DNA from: Geosiphon pyriformis uo1
Lineage: Eukaryota > Fungi > Glomeromycota
NCBI GenBank assembly: GCA_016748015.1
Contig: JAAOMT010000612.1
Span: 1-37,386 of the forward strand
Length of the DNA: 37,386 bases
Direction: 5' to 3'
Shown: in pieces, positions 1 to 12,342 of the stretch
Position numbering within the stretch: position 1 is the first letter of the stretch
Layout of the letters: every line of letters begins with the position of its first letter
Notes under the pieces: model-generated
What the model was told of the DNA's origin: nothing
Database searches by the model: none
The model's input: only the letters and a program-made list of their open reading frames with translations
Position numbers and translations under genes: made by a program

Positions 1-777
1 ACAAGCAGTTTCCCAGCTAGCTACCAAAAGGATATCGACAAGCAGTCATCACCGGGCGACAAGCAGTTTCCCAGCTAGATATCGGTTTCTTCAGTCACTA
101 TTAGTGGCTGTTTTGAAGAAAATTGGCAGCGACAAGCAGTCATCACCGGGCGACAAGCAGTTTCCCAGCTAGCTACCAAAAGGATATCGACAAGCAGTCA
201 TCACCGGGCGACAAGCAGTTTCCCAGCTAGATATCGGTTTCTTCAGTCACTATTAGTGGCTGATTTGCAAACTGTGCAGCATCGTCTTCCATGTTAGAAC
301 GTGACTTAAGATCTTTTTTAATACGATCGAAAATACGAGTATTGTCTTCCAATTTTCTGCAGGTGATTCAAAAAAGTTGTTCGACATTTTCTTCGGAAAC
401 GATACTTGATGTTAAATGTTTTTAAAAAAAAAAAAATTCAACAATCTTTTGGTAATCGACACAAGGGTCACACAGTACAGTACCCCCGAAAAGTAATGGC
501 GGGGTAACTCTTGCGGCGCGTAATTCTTATTATGGTCCGATCAGCTATTGTTAAGACATTTTAAGTAATAATTTGTACGCGCATACATTCCATGCTACTA
601 TTTTTATTTTTTAAAACAAAATTGTTTTGATCAATACAGTCAGGGAGATTTTAAATTTCGTAGATCAATTCTGGAATAATCCACAAAAAATTCTTGTAAT
701 CTAATTGGTGTTTAGCATTATTAGCATAGTGAATTTGATAATACTTTATTGATCAAATACTTCAAATAAAAATCGAA

Positions 778-796
778 AGATGTGTATAAGAGACAG
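778..796 (+). other. Tn5 mosaic end / Nextera adapter (library contaminant)
   Basis: Exact 19-mer AGATGTGTATAAGAGACAG. Its left flank matches sequence ending near 3165 and its right flank matches sequence starting near 1370. Confidence 0.97.
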
Positions 797-1546
797 AATG
801 AGTTCTTGTTGAAAAGATTAGCAACAGAAGAAATCTTTAAGCTCACCCTAATTTTGTCAACAGCTAACCAAGTTTTCACATCTTTGACGAATTTCTCGTA
901 GTCAAAAATGCAATAATTAGTTATCTAGCAGAAATGAGCACAAAAATATTTTCTATTGTATTTTGAAGAAAATTGGCAGCGACAAGCAGTCATCACCGGG
1001 CGACAAGCAGTTTCCCAGCTAGCTACCAAAAGGATATCGACAAGCAGTCATCACCGGGCGACAAGCAGTTTCCCAGCTAGATATCGGTTTCTTCAGTCAC
1101 TATTAGTGGCTGATTTGCAAACTGTGCAGCATCGTCTTCCATGTTAGAACGTGACTTAAGATCTTTTTTAATACGATCGAAAATACGAGTATTGTCTTCA
1201 AAACAGTAGTGAGCTGCAATATTTTCAATCGTTGTTCGACATTTTCTTCGGAAACGATACTTGATGTTAAATGTTTTTAAGAATTTCCGTGCGAACCTTT
1301 GCCATCGATTTTGCACGATCCGAATAAGTAGAGATAGTAGCTTCTCTCTGCATGTTGTATAACAGGATGAATGAGTTCTTGTTGAAAAGATTAGCAACAG
1401 AAGAAATCTTTAAGCTCACCCTAATTTTGTCAACAGCTAACCAAGTTTTCACATCTTTGACGAATTTCTCGTAGTCAAAAATGCAATAATTAGTTATCTA
1501 GCAGAAATGAGCACAAAAATATTTTCTATTGTATTTTGAAGAAAAT

Positions 1547-2361
1547 NNNNNNNNNNNNNNNNNNNNNNNNNNNNNNNNNNNNNNNNNNNNNNNNNNNNNN
1601 NNNNNNNNNNNNNNNNNNNNNNNNNNNNNNNNNNNNNNNNNNNNNNNNNNNNNNNNNNNNNNNNNNNNNNNNNNNNNNNNNNNNNNNNNNNNNNNNNNNN
1701 NNNNNNNNNNNNNNNNNNNNNNNNNNNNNNNNNNNNNNNNNNNNNNNNNNNNNNNNNNNNNNNNNNNNNNNNNNNNNNNNNNNNNNNNNNNNNNNNNNNN
1801 NNNNNNNNNNNNNNNNNNNNNNNNNNNNNNNNNNNNNNNNNNNNNNNNNNNNNNNNNNNNNNNNNNNNNNNNNNNNNNNNNNNNNNNNNNNNNNNNNNNN
1901 NNNNNNNNNNNNNNNNNNNNNNNNNNNNNNNNNNNNNNNNNNNNNNNNNNNNNNNNNNNNNNNNNNNNNNNNNNNNNNNNNNNNNNNNNNNNNNNNNNNN
2001 NNNNNNNNNNNNNNNNNNNNNNNNNNNNNNNNNNNNNNNNNNNNNNNNNNNNNNNNNNNNNNNNNNNNNNNNNNNNNNNNNNNNNNNNNNNNNNNNNNNN
2101 NNNNNNNNNNNNNNNNNNNNNNNNNNNNNNNNNNNNNNNNNNNNNNNNNNNNNNNNNNNNNNNNNNNNNNNNNNNNNNNNNNNNNNNNNNNNNNNNNNNN
2201 NNNNNNNNNNNNNNNNNNNNNNNNNNNNNNNNNNNNNNNNNNNNNNNNNNNNNNNNNNNNNNNNNNNNNNNNNNNNNNNNNNNNNNNNNNNNNNNNNNNN
2301 NNNNNNNNNNNNNNNNNNNNNNNNNNNNNNNNNNNNNNNNNNNNNNNNNNNNNNNNNNNNN
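1547..2361. other. Assembly gap (N run)
   Basis: Run of N. Confidence 1.
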
Positions 2362-2599
2362 AGCTAGCTACCAAAAGGATATCGACAAGCAGTCATCACC
2401 GGGCGACAAGCAGTTTCCCAGCTAGATATCGGTTTCTTCAGTCACTATTAGTGGCTGTTTTGAAGAAAATTGGCAGCGACAAGCAGTCATCACCAGGCAA
2501 CAAGCAGTTTCCCAGCTAGCTACCAAAAGGATATCGACAAGCAGTCATCACCGGGCGACAAGCAGTTTCCCAGCTAGATATCGGTTTCTTCAGTCACTA

Positions 2600-2770
2600 T
2601 TAGTGGCTGATTTGAAGAAAATTGGCAGCGTCGTCTTCCATGTTAGAACGTGACTTAAGATCTTTTTTAATACGATCGAAAATACGAGTATTGTCTTCAA
2701 AACAGTAGTGAGCTGCAATATTTTCAATCGTCCAATTTTCTGCAGGTGATTCAAAAAAGTTGTTCGACAT
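2600..2770 (-). CDS. Possible 5' fragment of a host gene of unknown function (MSNNFFESPAENWTIENIAAHYCFEDNTRIFDRIKKDLKSRSNMEDD...)
   Basis: ATG at 2770 opens a protein-like frame in CpG-retaining DNA. Partial copies at ~260-388 and ~1100-1242. The true structure is scrambled by the assembly. Confidence 0.3.
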   Translation of the reverse strand: MSNNFFESPAENWTIENIAAHYCFEDNTRIFDRIKKDLKSRSNMEDDAANFLQISH

Positions 2771-3536
2771 TTTCTTCGGAAACGATACTTGATGTTAAAT
2801 GTTTTTAAAAAAAAAAAAAAAATTCAACAATCTTTTGGTAATCGACACAAGGGTTCACACAGTACAGTACCCCCGAAAAGTAATGGCGGGGTAACTCTTG
2901 CGGCGCGTAATTCTTATTATGGTCCGATCAGCTATTGTTAAGACATTTTAAGTAATAATTTGTACGTGCATACATTCCATGCTACTATTTTTATTTTTTA
3001 AAATAAAATTGTTTTGATCAATACAGTCAGGGAGATTTTAAATTTCGTAGATCAATTCTGGAATAATCCACAAAAAATTCTTGTAATCTAATTGGTGTTT
3101 AGCATTATTAGCATAGTGAATTTGATAATACTTTATTGATCAAATACTTCAAATAAAAATCGAAACTAACAGTAGAAACATACTTTTATAAACACAAGGT
3201 TTCAGAATCCATAAGGATCCACACAACTTTACATAGTAGTTTTTTATTAAATTGGATTTAAAATTGCATTTTGCTTTATAATAAATGCCAAAGACTTATC
3301 CTGTTTATTTGAATCTCTTACCAGTAAATATAATGAAAGTCAATTAGTAAAATGTAAGACCAAAGAAATTCAAAGATGGCGACATGTATCAGCTAGTGTT
3401 GCAGCAGAAAGAATAACAGAAATAATTAAGTATTTTCCTAAATTAATTATATTACTTGACTCTTTAAACAATTATTCTTTATGTAAAAGATATTATAATT
3501 AGATTGTTGTTAAAAAGTCTTTTATTAAATAAATTA

Positions 3537-4464
3537 NNNNNNNNNNNNNNNNNNNNNNNNNNNNNNNNNNNNNNNNNNNNNNNNNNNNNNNNNNNNNNNN
3601 NNNNNNNNNNNNNNNNNNNNNNNNNNNNNNNNNNNNNNNNNNNNNNNNNNNNNNNNNNNNNNNNNNNNNNNNNNNNNNNNNNNNNNNNNNNNNNNNNNNN
3701 NNNNNNNNNNNNNNNNNNNNNNNNNNNNNNNNNNNNNNNNNNNNNNNNNNNNNNNNNNNNNNNNNNNNNNNNNNNNNNNNNNNNNNNNNNNNNNNNNNNN
3801 NNNNNNNNNNNNNNNNNNNNNNNNNNNNNNNNNNNNNNNNNNNNNNNNNNNNNNNNNNNNNNNNNNNNNNNNNNNNNNNNNNNNNNNNNNNNNNNNNNNN
3901 NNNNNNNNNNNNNNNNNNNNNNNNNNNNNNNNNNNNNNNNNNNNNNNNNNNNNNNNNNNNNNNNNNNNNNNNNNNNNNNNNNNNNNNNNNNNNNNNNNNN
4001 NNNNNNNNNNNNNNNNNNNNNNNNNNNNNNNNNNNNNNNNNNNNNNNNNNNNNNNNNNNNNNNNNNNNNNNNNNNNNNNNNNNNNNNNNNNNNNNNNNNN
4101 NNNNNNNNNNNNNNNNNNNNNNNNNNNNNNNNNNNNNNNNNNNNNNNNNNNNNNNNNNNNNNNNNNNNNNNNNNNNNNNNNNNNNNNNNNNNNNNNNNNN
4201 NNNNNNNNNNNNNNNNNNNNNNNNNNNNNNNNNNNNNNNNNNNNNNNNNNNNNNNNNNNNNNNNNNNNNNNNNNNNNNNNNNNNNNNNNNNNNNNNNNNN
4301 NNNNNNNNNNNNNNNNNNNNNNNNNNNNNNNNNNNNNNNNNNNNNNNNNNNNNNNNNNNNNNNNNNNNNNNNNNNNNNNNNNNNNNNNNNNNNNNNNNNN
4401 NNNNNNNNNNNNNNNNNNNNNNNNNNNNNNNNNNNNNNNNNNNNNNNNNNNNNNNNNNNNNNNN
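3537..4464. other. Assembly gap (N run)
   Basis: Run of N. Confidence 1.
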
Positions 4465-5190
4465 TAGTTAGAAAGTTTGGCTATAAAACAGTCAAAGCTT
4501 CCCAAAGAATTTTTATTTTTAGCCTTTGATAATAAACAAAAAAGTCAAAAAAATTACTTAAATTATAGATATAATACTATTATATTCAATATTATTATGA
4601 GTTTTGTTGCTTTTAATTATGATTAAATTAATAATATTCAAAATATAAATTCTTAATTATATTTTAAACTTCCTGAAAAAAAATATGAGAAATTATTTTT
4701 TTTAACTTTAGATATAATAAATAAAATTCATAAAGAATTTACTAATTATTTTACTATTATTTTAGAAGAGCTTTGTGTGAAAAAAAGTCAAGAAACAAAT
4801 ATAATTAATAAATTAGTACAACATTAAAGCCAAATTGGTTCTCTAAAAAAATGTCCAGCTTGTTAATTATTTAATATTAATAATAAAAAGTGAATTTGTT
4901 TTGTATGTCATAACAAATTACTAACAATTACTGAAATAAATCAATTAAATAAATCAGTTGACATTACCAAAAAACCCATTTATTATTTTTATATATTTAA
5001 AAATACACAATTGTATTCAGAAATTAAGGTTTATATGTCACAATTATATGTTTTTGATCCAATAGCCATAAACTTAAACTCAATTGCCAATGTTCAAAAG
5101 ATTTTTAAGCATATTAAAAAACTATTTGGCATTAAAGATAATAGTTGCAAATAAATTGTAGTAATATATAATAAAGTAGCTTATCATTAT
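4465..5190 (+). pseudogene. Decayed DDE-transposase-like ORF, 5' part (interrupted by E1)
   Basis: One frame with no frameshift: *LESLAIKQSKLPKEFLFLAFDNKQK...CPAC-x10-CFVC...DPIAINLNSIANV...*IVVIYNKVAYHY. It has an FDN acidic motif and a CxxC..CxxC ribbon, and continues in frame at 15139. Confidence 0.65.
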
Positions 5191-6043
5191 TGTTACTTAT
5201 AGAATATAGGAAAGATACTAACATAAATTAGCCAATCAAAAGTAGGCACAGTAAATATGAAATTCCAAATTTTTTTTTAAAAGAATTGCAGAATTCCAGG
5301 AATTTCAGAATTCTCATACATGAATTACAGGATTCCAGAATTCCAGGATTCCTCTCAAAAGAAATTGCAAAATTCCAGGAATTTCAGAATTTTTGGTGTG
5401 AAAAATTAAGAAATTGAGAAATCTCAATTATGTATATATAGTAATAGCATTAGAAGTAAAAAAAACAGATCTTCCAGTTAGATTTCATCTAAGCAACCTT
5501 CCAATTCACAAATATCAATAAATAATTATTTGCTATCTCAATCTACTCTCCACTATCAACACTTCATGTTGATAGTAATTGATACTTAACCATGCTAGAA
5601 CAATAGCTCTTGATCATGGCTATTGATGGGATACTAACTTGCAATTGCTTTTACTTATTTCTTTATTTTCTTTTATTTTTTTGTATTTCTTTTGTTATTT
5701 CTTTGGTTTTACTAAATTGATTAAGGATTAAGTGCTGAGATACAGATATTATAGGAACTGGTAAAAGACCCATAAAACAAGGGTAGAACACTCATAGATT
5801 TGAGGATAGCTTATCAGAAGAATTACCAGTTACCATGCTGAGAAAAAAATTTGACGAAACTGTGGTTTCAGGAAGCTACAGATAAAACCATCAATTAAAA
5901 TCTCTGTCCATTATACAAAGAACTTCACAACAAAACCTTTAAATAAACCACACCTGCAGATATTATCAATGTCAACAAATCAATTAAGCACCAAGTTATG
6001 GGTTTGTTATTTGTTTTGAAACCCCAAATAATCACCTGTAATA
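5191..6043 (+). repeat. E1 5' LTR
   Basis: Colinear with 14282-15134. TATA-like TATATATA at 5433-5440, AATAAA at 5517-5522, hairpin at 5552-5576. Confidence 0.97.
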
Positions 6044-6045
6044 TT

Positions 6046-6061
6046 TAGTGCTCTCTGTGAG
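6046..6061 (+). promoter_or_regulatory. E1 primer binding site (TaGTGCTCTCTGTGAG)
   Basis: Lies 2 nt after the LTR and matches the E3 PBS TGGTaCTCTCTGTGAA. The consensus TGGTGCTCTCTGTGA is complementary to a tRNA CCA end; the tRNA is not identified. Confidence 0.8.
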
Positions 6062-6105
6062 ATATAATTCTACAGAGAACCAGTATCAACAGCAATTATC
6101 TAAAA

Positions 6106-9100
6106 GTGGCAGAATCAAAAAAGATAGGAGCAAACCATTTAGGATTTGCTAAATTCTTGTTCCAACAATACAGCCAATAATTAGAACTAAACAATAACCA
6201 CTTTCTAGCAGAATTCATCTTTAACTTCTACATTAACAATAAAATCACAGACTGCTTAGGAAAAACAGTTAACATTGAATCTGCAAGGGAAAATTTCTAT
6301 ACAGAATTATTTCAACATACCAGCTTACCAAGAAACTACAGTTTCACATCAAATCATCAGAGAAATTAATCAAACTATTGAAAGATATAAACAACAACAA
6401 TTCCCCATTACCTATGCAAACAAAGGCAAAGGAAAGTTACAAACACCAGCAGTAACACCAAAACAAATACAACTATCTACTTGGAAGAAAACTAGAGTTG
6501 AATCACCAACAAACTCATTATACCATTATACATCCGGAAGCACCATCAACATCCCATCAACAAGCACATCCACATTACACACAACATCAACATTTGGACA
6601 ACTCCTATTTCAAAGTAAACAAAAGAAAGCAGAATTATTAGGAACCTACAGTAATTATTTTAAAGAATTTAAATTGTAATCATTAACACCATTAGAATTC
6701 TGATCACTATTACCTTAACCAGATTTTGGAAACACAAGTCCCTGGGAGATAATGGAATCAAAAGAGAAAAAAAAAGAAGAAACTGAAGATCAGGAATTTA
6801 CTTATCAGAACTTGATTACAGTAAATCCAGAAATTGAAACCCCAAATATTCAAATCCAGCAAACTCCGAATAATCTAAACCCTGAGTTAATTAATCAGGG
6901 AAACTTACCTTCAGTAATCATGATCAATCAGCCACCAATTGTACCAATACTGGAACCAATTCCACTACAACCACTGCAGCAACCTATTTAATCACTGCTC
7001 CAACAACTACAACAACTGATTCAACCATCACAACAACAACTTCAACAACCACTACAACAATAAATTATAGCACCAATGGCATATATTTCTATTGCCAAAC
7101 TTGAAAAATTTACCAGCAAAGAGAATGATGCCCAAGTGTGGCTAAACGATATGGAAAAAGCCATCACAGCCAATGAATGAGATGATACTAGAGCCATGCA
7201 GGCCATTCCCTATTTTCTTTAAGATATTGCCAATTCATGGTATTAAAGCTTGGTTAACAAATCCCAAGATTTCAATGCATTCAAACTTGTATTCCTACAA
7301 TACTTTAGCAATAATAATAGTATTAATTGGCTAGTAAACACTTTTACTACTATCAAACAAGAGAAAAATGAAGCAGTCACTACATACTTAGGATGCTTTC
7401 ATAGAAATCTACACCAAATACAAGCAACTCAAGCTGATTATTTTACAGCACCACAAATCCTAAATCAATTCATCAGAAGCCTGCACAATAGCATCCTCCA
7501 ATGCATATGCTCAATGCATCCAGCAGATCTTTAAGTTGCAGTTACCAATGTCAGAAATTTTGAAGCAGCTGAACTCGAAGCTAACCATGCCTAAGCCATA
7601 AATCTAGTAATGAATAGATCATCTGAATTGGATTCCAAATTGAAACAATTCAATAATTTCATTAACCAGAAGCTTGAAAAGTACTTAGCTGACAATCATG
7701 CAATTTATTAACCACCCCAATGACACAATAATTTAGGAATCACAAATCACCCACAAAATCAGTTACATTCCTCATCATCATCCAATCAGTCATGGCAGCA
7801 AGAGACATATATTTGCCACTACTGTGGTAAACAAGGACATTTGAGAATTGATTATCAGTTAAGAATAAAAAACCAATGATCAGAAAATCAATATTGAAAC
7901 CCCAATTACAGGTTTTCAACTCTGAGTTATCAATCAAATACAAAAATATATCAACCAAATTACATACCTATGACACAGCTGCAAATTTATCAACCACCAA
8001 TTTATCAGCCAACAGCACTCATCATTTATCACTCACAGCCCCAACTCATTTATCAGCTGCAGCCTCAGGTAATTTATTAGCCCTAATAAATTCAAACACT
8101 GCTGCAGAACTTATCTCAAAACAGAACACAAGGCCAAGACTGACACAACAAAGCTGGAGATCATTGATGATAGTCTATCAACCAATCTCCAGTTCCATGG
8201 CACAATCATCAGGATCTTAACAATGGAATTTGAACACTGAGAACTCTCAAAACCCAAATGTCCAACACTATTTAAGTCTTCTAGTTACCTTAAAAAACGC
8301 CTCATCTAACAACTGGGAACTCAACCAACACAAACCACTTATCAGCAATATACTTCCAGCCACCATAACCAATAACGAATCATTAGCCACAATTTTTCTA
8401 TTTGAATTAAAAAAAATCACACCAGTTCCATTATTCAGTAGAGCTGGTCTTGACATCAAACCAATCATCACTATGTACACTAATGCAAAGGTTGATGGTC
8501 ATACCATTAAACTGATATTAGACAGTGGATCAACTAATAGCATCATTACATGACAACTCATAAACCAATTAGATTGCCAAGTTGATTACACTGCTAGCAC
8601 TCACATAATCACCACTGATGGGGCAACCAAAACTCCTATTGGCAAAATTAATGACTTTCTTTTTGAAGTTAATGGCATCATCATCCCCATCAAAGTCCTA
8701 GTGATGAAAGCAATTCAATATTAGACATTAGTAAGAAATGACTGGTTATCTAAAACCAATATCATACTTAACTAAACAATACAGGAGTTCTAACTCAGCC
8801 AAAATAACCAACACACATGAGTATCTGTCATGTGTGAACACTTCAAATCTATCACCATGTCATTAAACCCATTTATCAAATTTGAAGAAGAAAAAGAGAA
8901 ACCTATTTGGAAAGCCTATCAAGTCTCTTGGGCCAATGAAGACCACAATGAGCTGCCACCAATACTTTCTTGAGATGATAATGAAAAAGAGAAGAAAAAG
9001 AAAAAACTTATCTGAAGTACCAACCAAGCCTGGGAAATTGACAATAACCAGAAAGAACTAATAAATTAGGAGTGAAAAGAAAATAAAAAGAGAAAAGGAA

Positions 9101-12100
9101 AGAAGAAGGAAGAAGAACCAACACCTAACAGTACCACTACTTATAATTTCTACACTACACCCCAACAATCCACTTATTGCTGCCCAAAACTGGTATGCAT
9201 TGATTGTGACAAGAAATTGTCGTCAATGGGCACTTGTTGTAATGATGATAAGGAGTACACTTCAGCAACCAAATTCTACTGCTGTTCATGTGTTATTAAA
9301 TACTTCAGAAGACCAAAACAAGTTGAGAAATGGGACAATAAACTATGCTTGGCTTGTAGAAAAACTCTTTCAGATGAAGGAATGTGGAACAACATTCCTA
9401 GATGAGGAAGAACATACAATGAAATATGCCAGTATACAATTCTAATCAATGACTGGGTATGCAAGAACACATTAATCGATGACACTTAGAAACAAGCATT
9501 GTGACAATTGAAAGAATATCCCCATGACAAACATGAACTTTGGAGAATAGCATATGTGAAAACAGAAAGTGCAACAACTAGCAAACTCCTAGAAATCAAA
9601 AACAACCTTCTGTTTCTTTCTGAACCCGAATATGTCCAAACCTTCAACATCTTTGGCAACATTGAAGATGACCCAGAAGAATTCCATGAACATTACCAGC
9701 ATTTAGCACCCACTAGGGAAGAACAGAAGCAGCAGTTAGAACAATTGAATACTCAATTATGTCAACATTGCTTAATCCCATGTGACTTTCAATATTGTAA
9801 TAAGTGTGACTTCATTTACAATCCACCAACATGCATGATCTACATGATCCCAGAAGAAAACAAACCAATCAGCAACTGGGTATTGGAATCAGAATCAATT
9901 TTCAATCCTGATTCAAACTCCAACAACAATGACGATGACAAAAATAATGGTTCTAGCTCTGTGCAAAATGGCAACAATTTTAACTCAGATTCAAACTCCA
10001 ATTCAAAACCCAAACAATATATTGCACTTCCTAACTTTACCAAGGAACAAAAAACTTAAATGGTTTAGCGATAATAGTGAGGGTATCATACCAGAACATG
10101 CACATGATACTGATGTAGAGTTTGATCTAAGATATCCAGGAAAAGATGTCATAAAATTGGAACTCTATTTGTGCACCTGTATTAATCTCAAAATAGCATT
10201 AAAAATTCTAGTGACAACAATGGTTCAGTTAGCATTTAAGAGTAGCTTAGCAAAAAAGAGAATCAACATTAAAGGAGAAATAATTGATATAGGATACATA
10301 GGAAATATTATTGCTATGCTACAAAATGACTCAGAAAAAGCATATACTATAGATTCAAATGAAAAAATAGCATAGGCAATATTTTTATCTTTGGTAAAAA
10401 TAGCTCAGTTAGTGTCAATAGAAAACAGGGAAGAATTAGGAATTACTGTTAGAGGGATACAGGGATTCAGATCAATGGATAGAATAGATGTATCAGTTAA
10501 TATAACAGAAAAAGAGGTTATTGACAAAGAAGAAATTATCTCAATCTGTTAATCAATTTCTATTCCATCATATGACCAGTATATGTTAACCATAAAAAAA
10601 AAAGTAAAGAATCAAGCTCAGTTGTTTAAAGCAGAAGCCACTCTTTGTGAATCAGGAAAAATTGGACTCACTAATCTTTACATATCAGCCAAAAGCCCCA
10701 AAAACATCAAAATTCTTATCTACAACACAACAGGAAGTGTTATTGAAATACAAAAGGAAACCATTATTGGATATTTAACCACCAAAGTTGAGGATCAACT
10801 ACCAAACCACATTCCAGATTTTTCACAGCTTTGCAGATATGTGGACATTACATCACAAACTATCTATAAACAAAGTAAATATTATCTGCTCTAACCAGAA
10901 CAATTGAAACAAATAAACATGGGAAATCTAGACCCACTCCAACAGGTGCCAACTCAAGATATTACTTAACAATTTAAATAATATCTTTGCCAGTAAAAAT
11001 GAACTTGGCAGAACTAATATAATTCAGCACCAGATTAAGACTGGAGATACAATGCCAATAAAACAAAGAGCATATAGAGTACCACTAGCTAGTCATAAGA
11101 TTATTCATCAAGAAATCAATCAGATGCTTGACAACAGGCTAATTCAGTTATCAATGAGTCTATGGTCATTACCAGTGGTACTAGTCTGGAAAAAAAATAG
11201 AAAGATCCATTTCTGTGTGGATTATTGAAAACTAATGAAATAACCAAAGATGATAGCTATCCAACTCCAAAAATCCAAGAACTATTTAATGCTTTTAGAG
11301 GAAATAAATGGTTCTCAATACTGGATTTAGATAGTAATTATTGGCAAGTAACCATGGATCTAGCTGACAAAAAAAAACAGCATTTATTACAAGAGAAGAA
11401 AATTTCGAATTTGAAGTCATGTCATTTGGATTAATGAATACACCAGCCACATTCTAACAGCTAATAGAAATTGTGTACACTAGACTACTATGGAAGTCAG
11501 TAATCATATACTTGAATGACACCAATGTGTTCTCAAGAACATTCAATAATCATTTTCACCATCTACAACAAGTATTTGAAAGACTCAGACAAGCAAGACT
11601 GAAACTAAATGCCAATAAATGCTTCTTTGGAAAAACAGAACTAAAGTTCTTGGGACATGTTGTGAGCAAAGACAACATCAAAACAGATTCAGACAAGATT
11701 GAAGTTGTTAAGAACTTTCCAGTACCAAACAATCTTACTGAACTAAGAACATTCTTGGAATTTGCAAGGTATTATTGCTGTTTTATCAAAGACTTTTCTA
11801 AACTGGCTCAGCCATTTTATCATTTACAAACTAAAAATGTAAAGTATAAATAAACAGGAGTTCAACAAGAAGCATTTGACACACTGAGAAGAAAGCTTAT
11901 TTAAGCTCTAGTGTTGATGTATCCAGATCACAACAAACCATTTATTATCACTACTGATGCATCAGGCCAAGCATTGAGAGCAGTATTATCTTAGAAAAGA
12001 CCAAACAGACGAGAACATCTAGTAGTGTATGCCAGTAGAAGCTTAAGTCCAGCTGAAAAAAACTATGGAATACTAGCATTAGAACACTTAGCAATTTATT

Positions 12101-12312
12101 GAACAGTCATAAAATGGAAAAAATACCTGAATCAAAAATTTAAAATATATATGGATTACAAAAGATTGATTTTAATCCAGAAGCAAAAATTCGGAGATGA
12201 TTGCCATGCCAAATAGAAAATAGAACTTTCACTATTTAATTATATAGTACATTATAAAAAAGGAAAAAACAATGGAAATGCTGGCAGATTGTTGTGAATA
12301 AGACAAATCTAA
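6106..12312 (+). pseudogene. gag-pol: E1 ORF1 polyprotein (N-extension, Gag CA, CCHC, protease, Cys-rich domain, dUTPase, RT, RNase H), disrupted
   Basis: CA MAYISIAKLEKF at 7076; knuckle CHYCGKQGHLRIDY ~7814; LILDSG ~8512; dUTPase ~10060-10490; YLND (from YLDD) 11509-11520; RNase H TDAS ~11953. Many transition-derived stops and some frameshifts. Confidence 0.93.
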
Positions 12313-12342
12313 AAACATTTCAACCCAAAAATATAACAAAAG

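Larger units (their letters stand above)
1..3165. repeat. Shuffled, near-identical modular repeats around an N gap (21/22-bp CGACAAGCAGT units in 58-bp and ~152-bp periods, plus larger duplicated blocks); probably misassembly
   Basis: CGACAAGCAGTCATCACCGGG and CGACAAGCAGTTTCCCAGCTAG recur at 1-230, 980-1080 and 2385-2577. Blocks ~260-777 and ~2630-3165 are near-identical, as are 797-973 and 1370-1546. Copies differ by missing modules. Confidence 0.85.

Noticed and set aside
1-260. CRISPR-like array of CGACAAGCAGT repeats
   Set aside because: Intervening sequences are identical rather than unique spacers, there are no cas genes, the context is eukaryotic and an adapter lies nearby.
778-796. 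Genuine Tn5/IS50 end
   Set aside because: It is the synthetic mosaic end, single and without a transposase.
260-1546. Alternative splicing or programmed rearrangement explaining the shuffled modules
   Set aside because: The missing modules lack consistent GT-AG ends; chimeric assembly is simpler.
1526-4529. Long ORFs in the track spanning 1526-2519 and 3504-4529
   Set aside because: They consist of N gaps.
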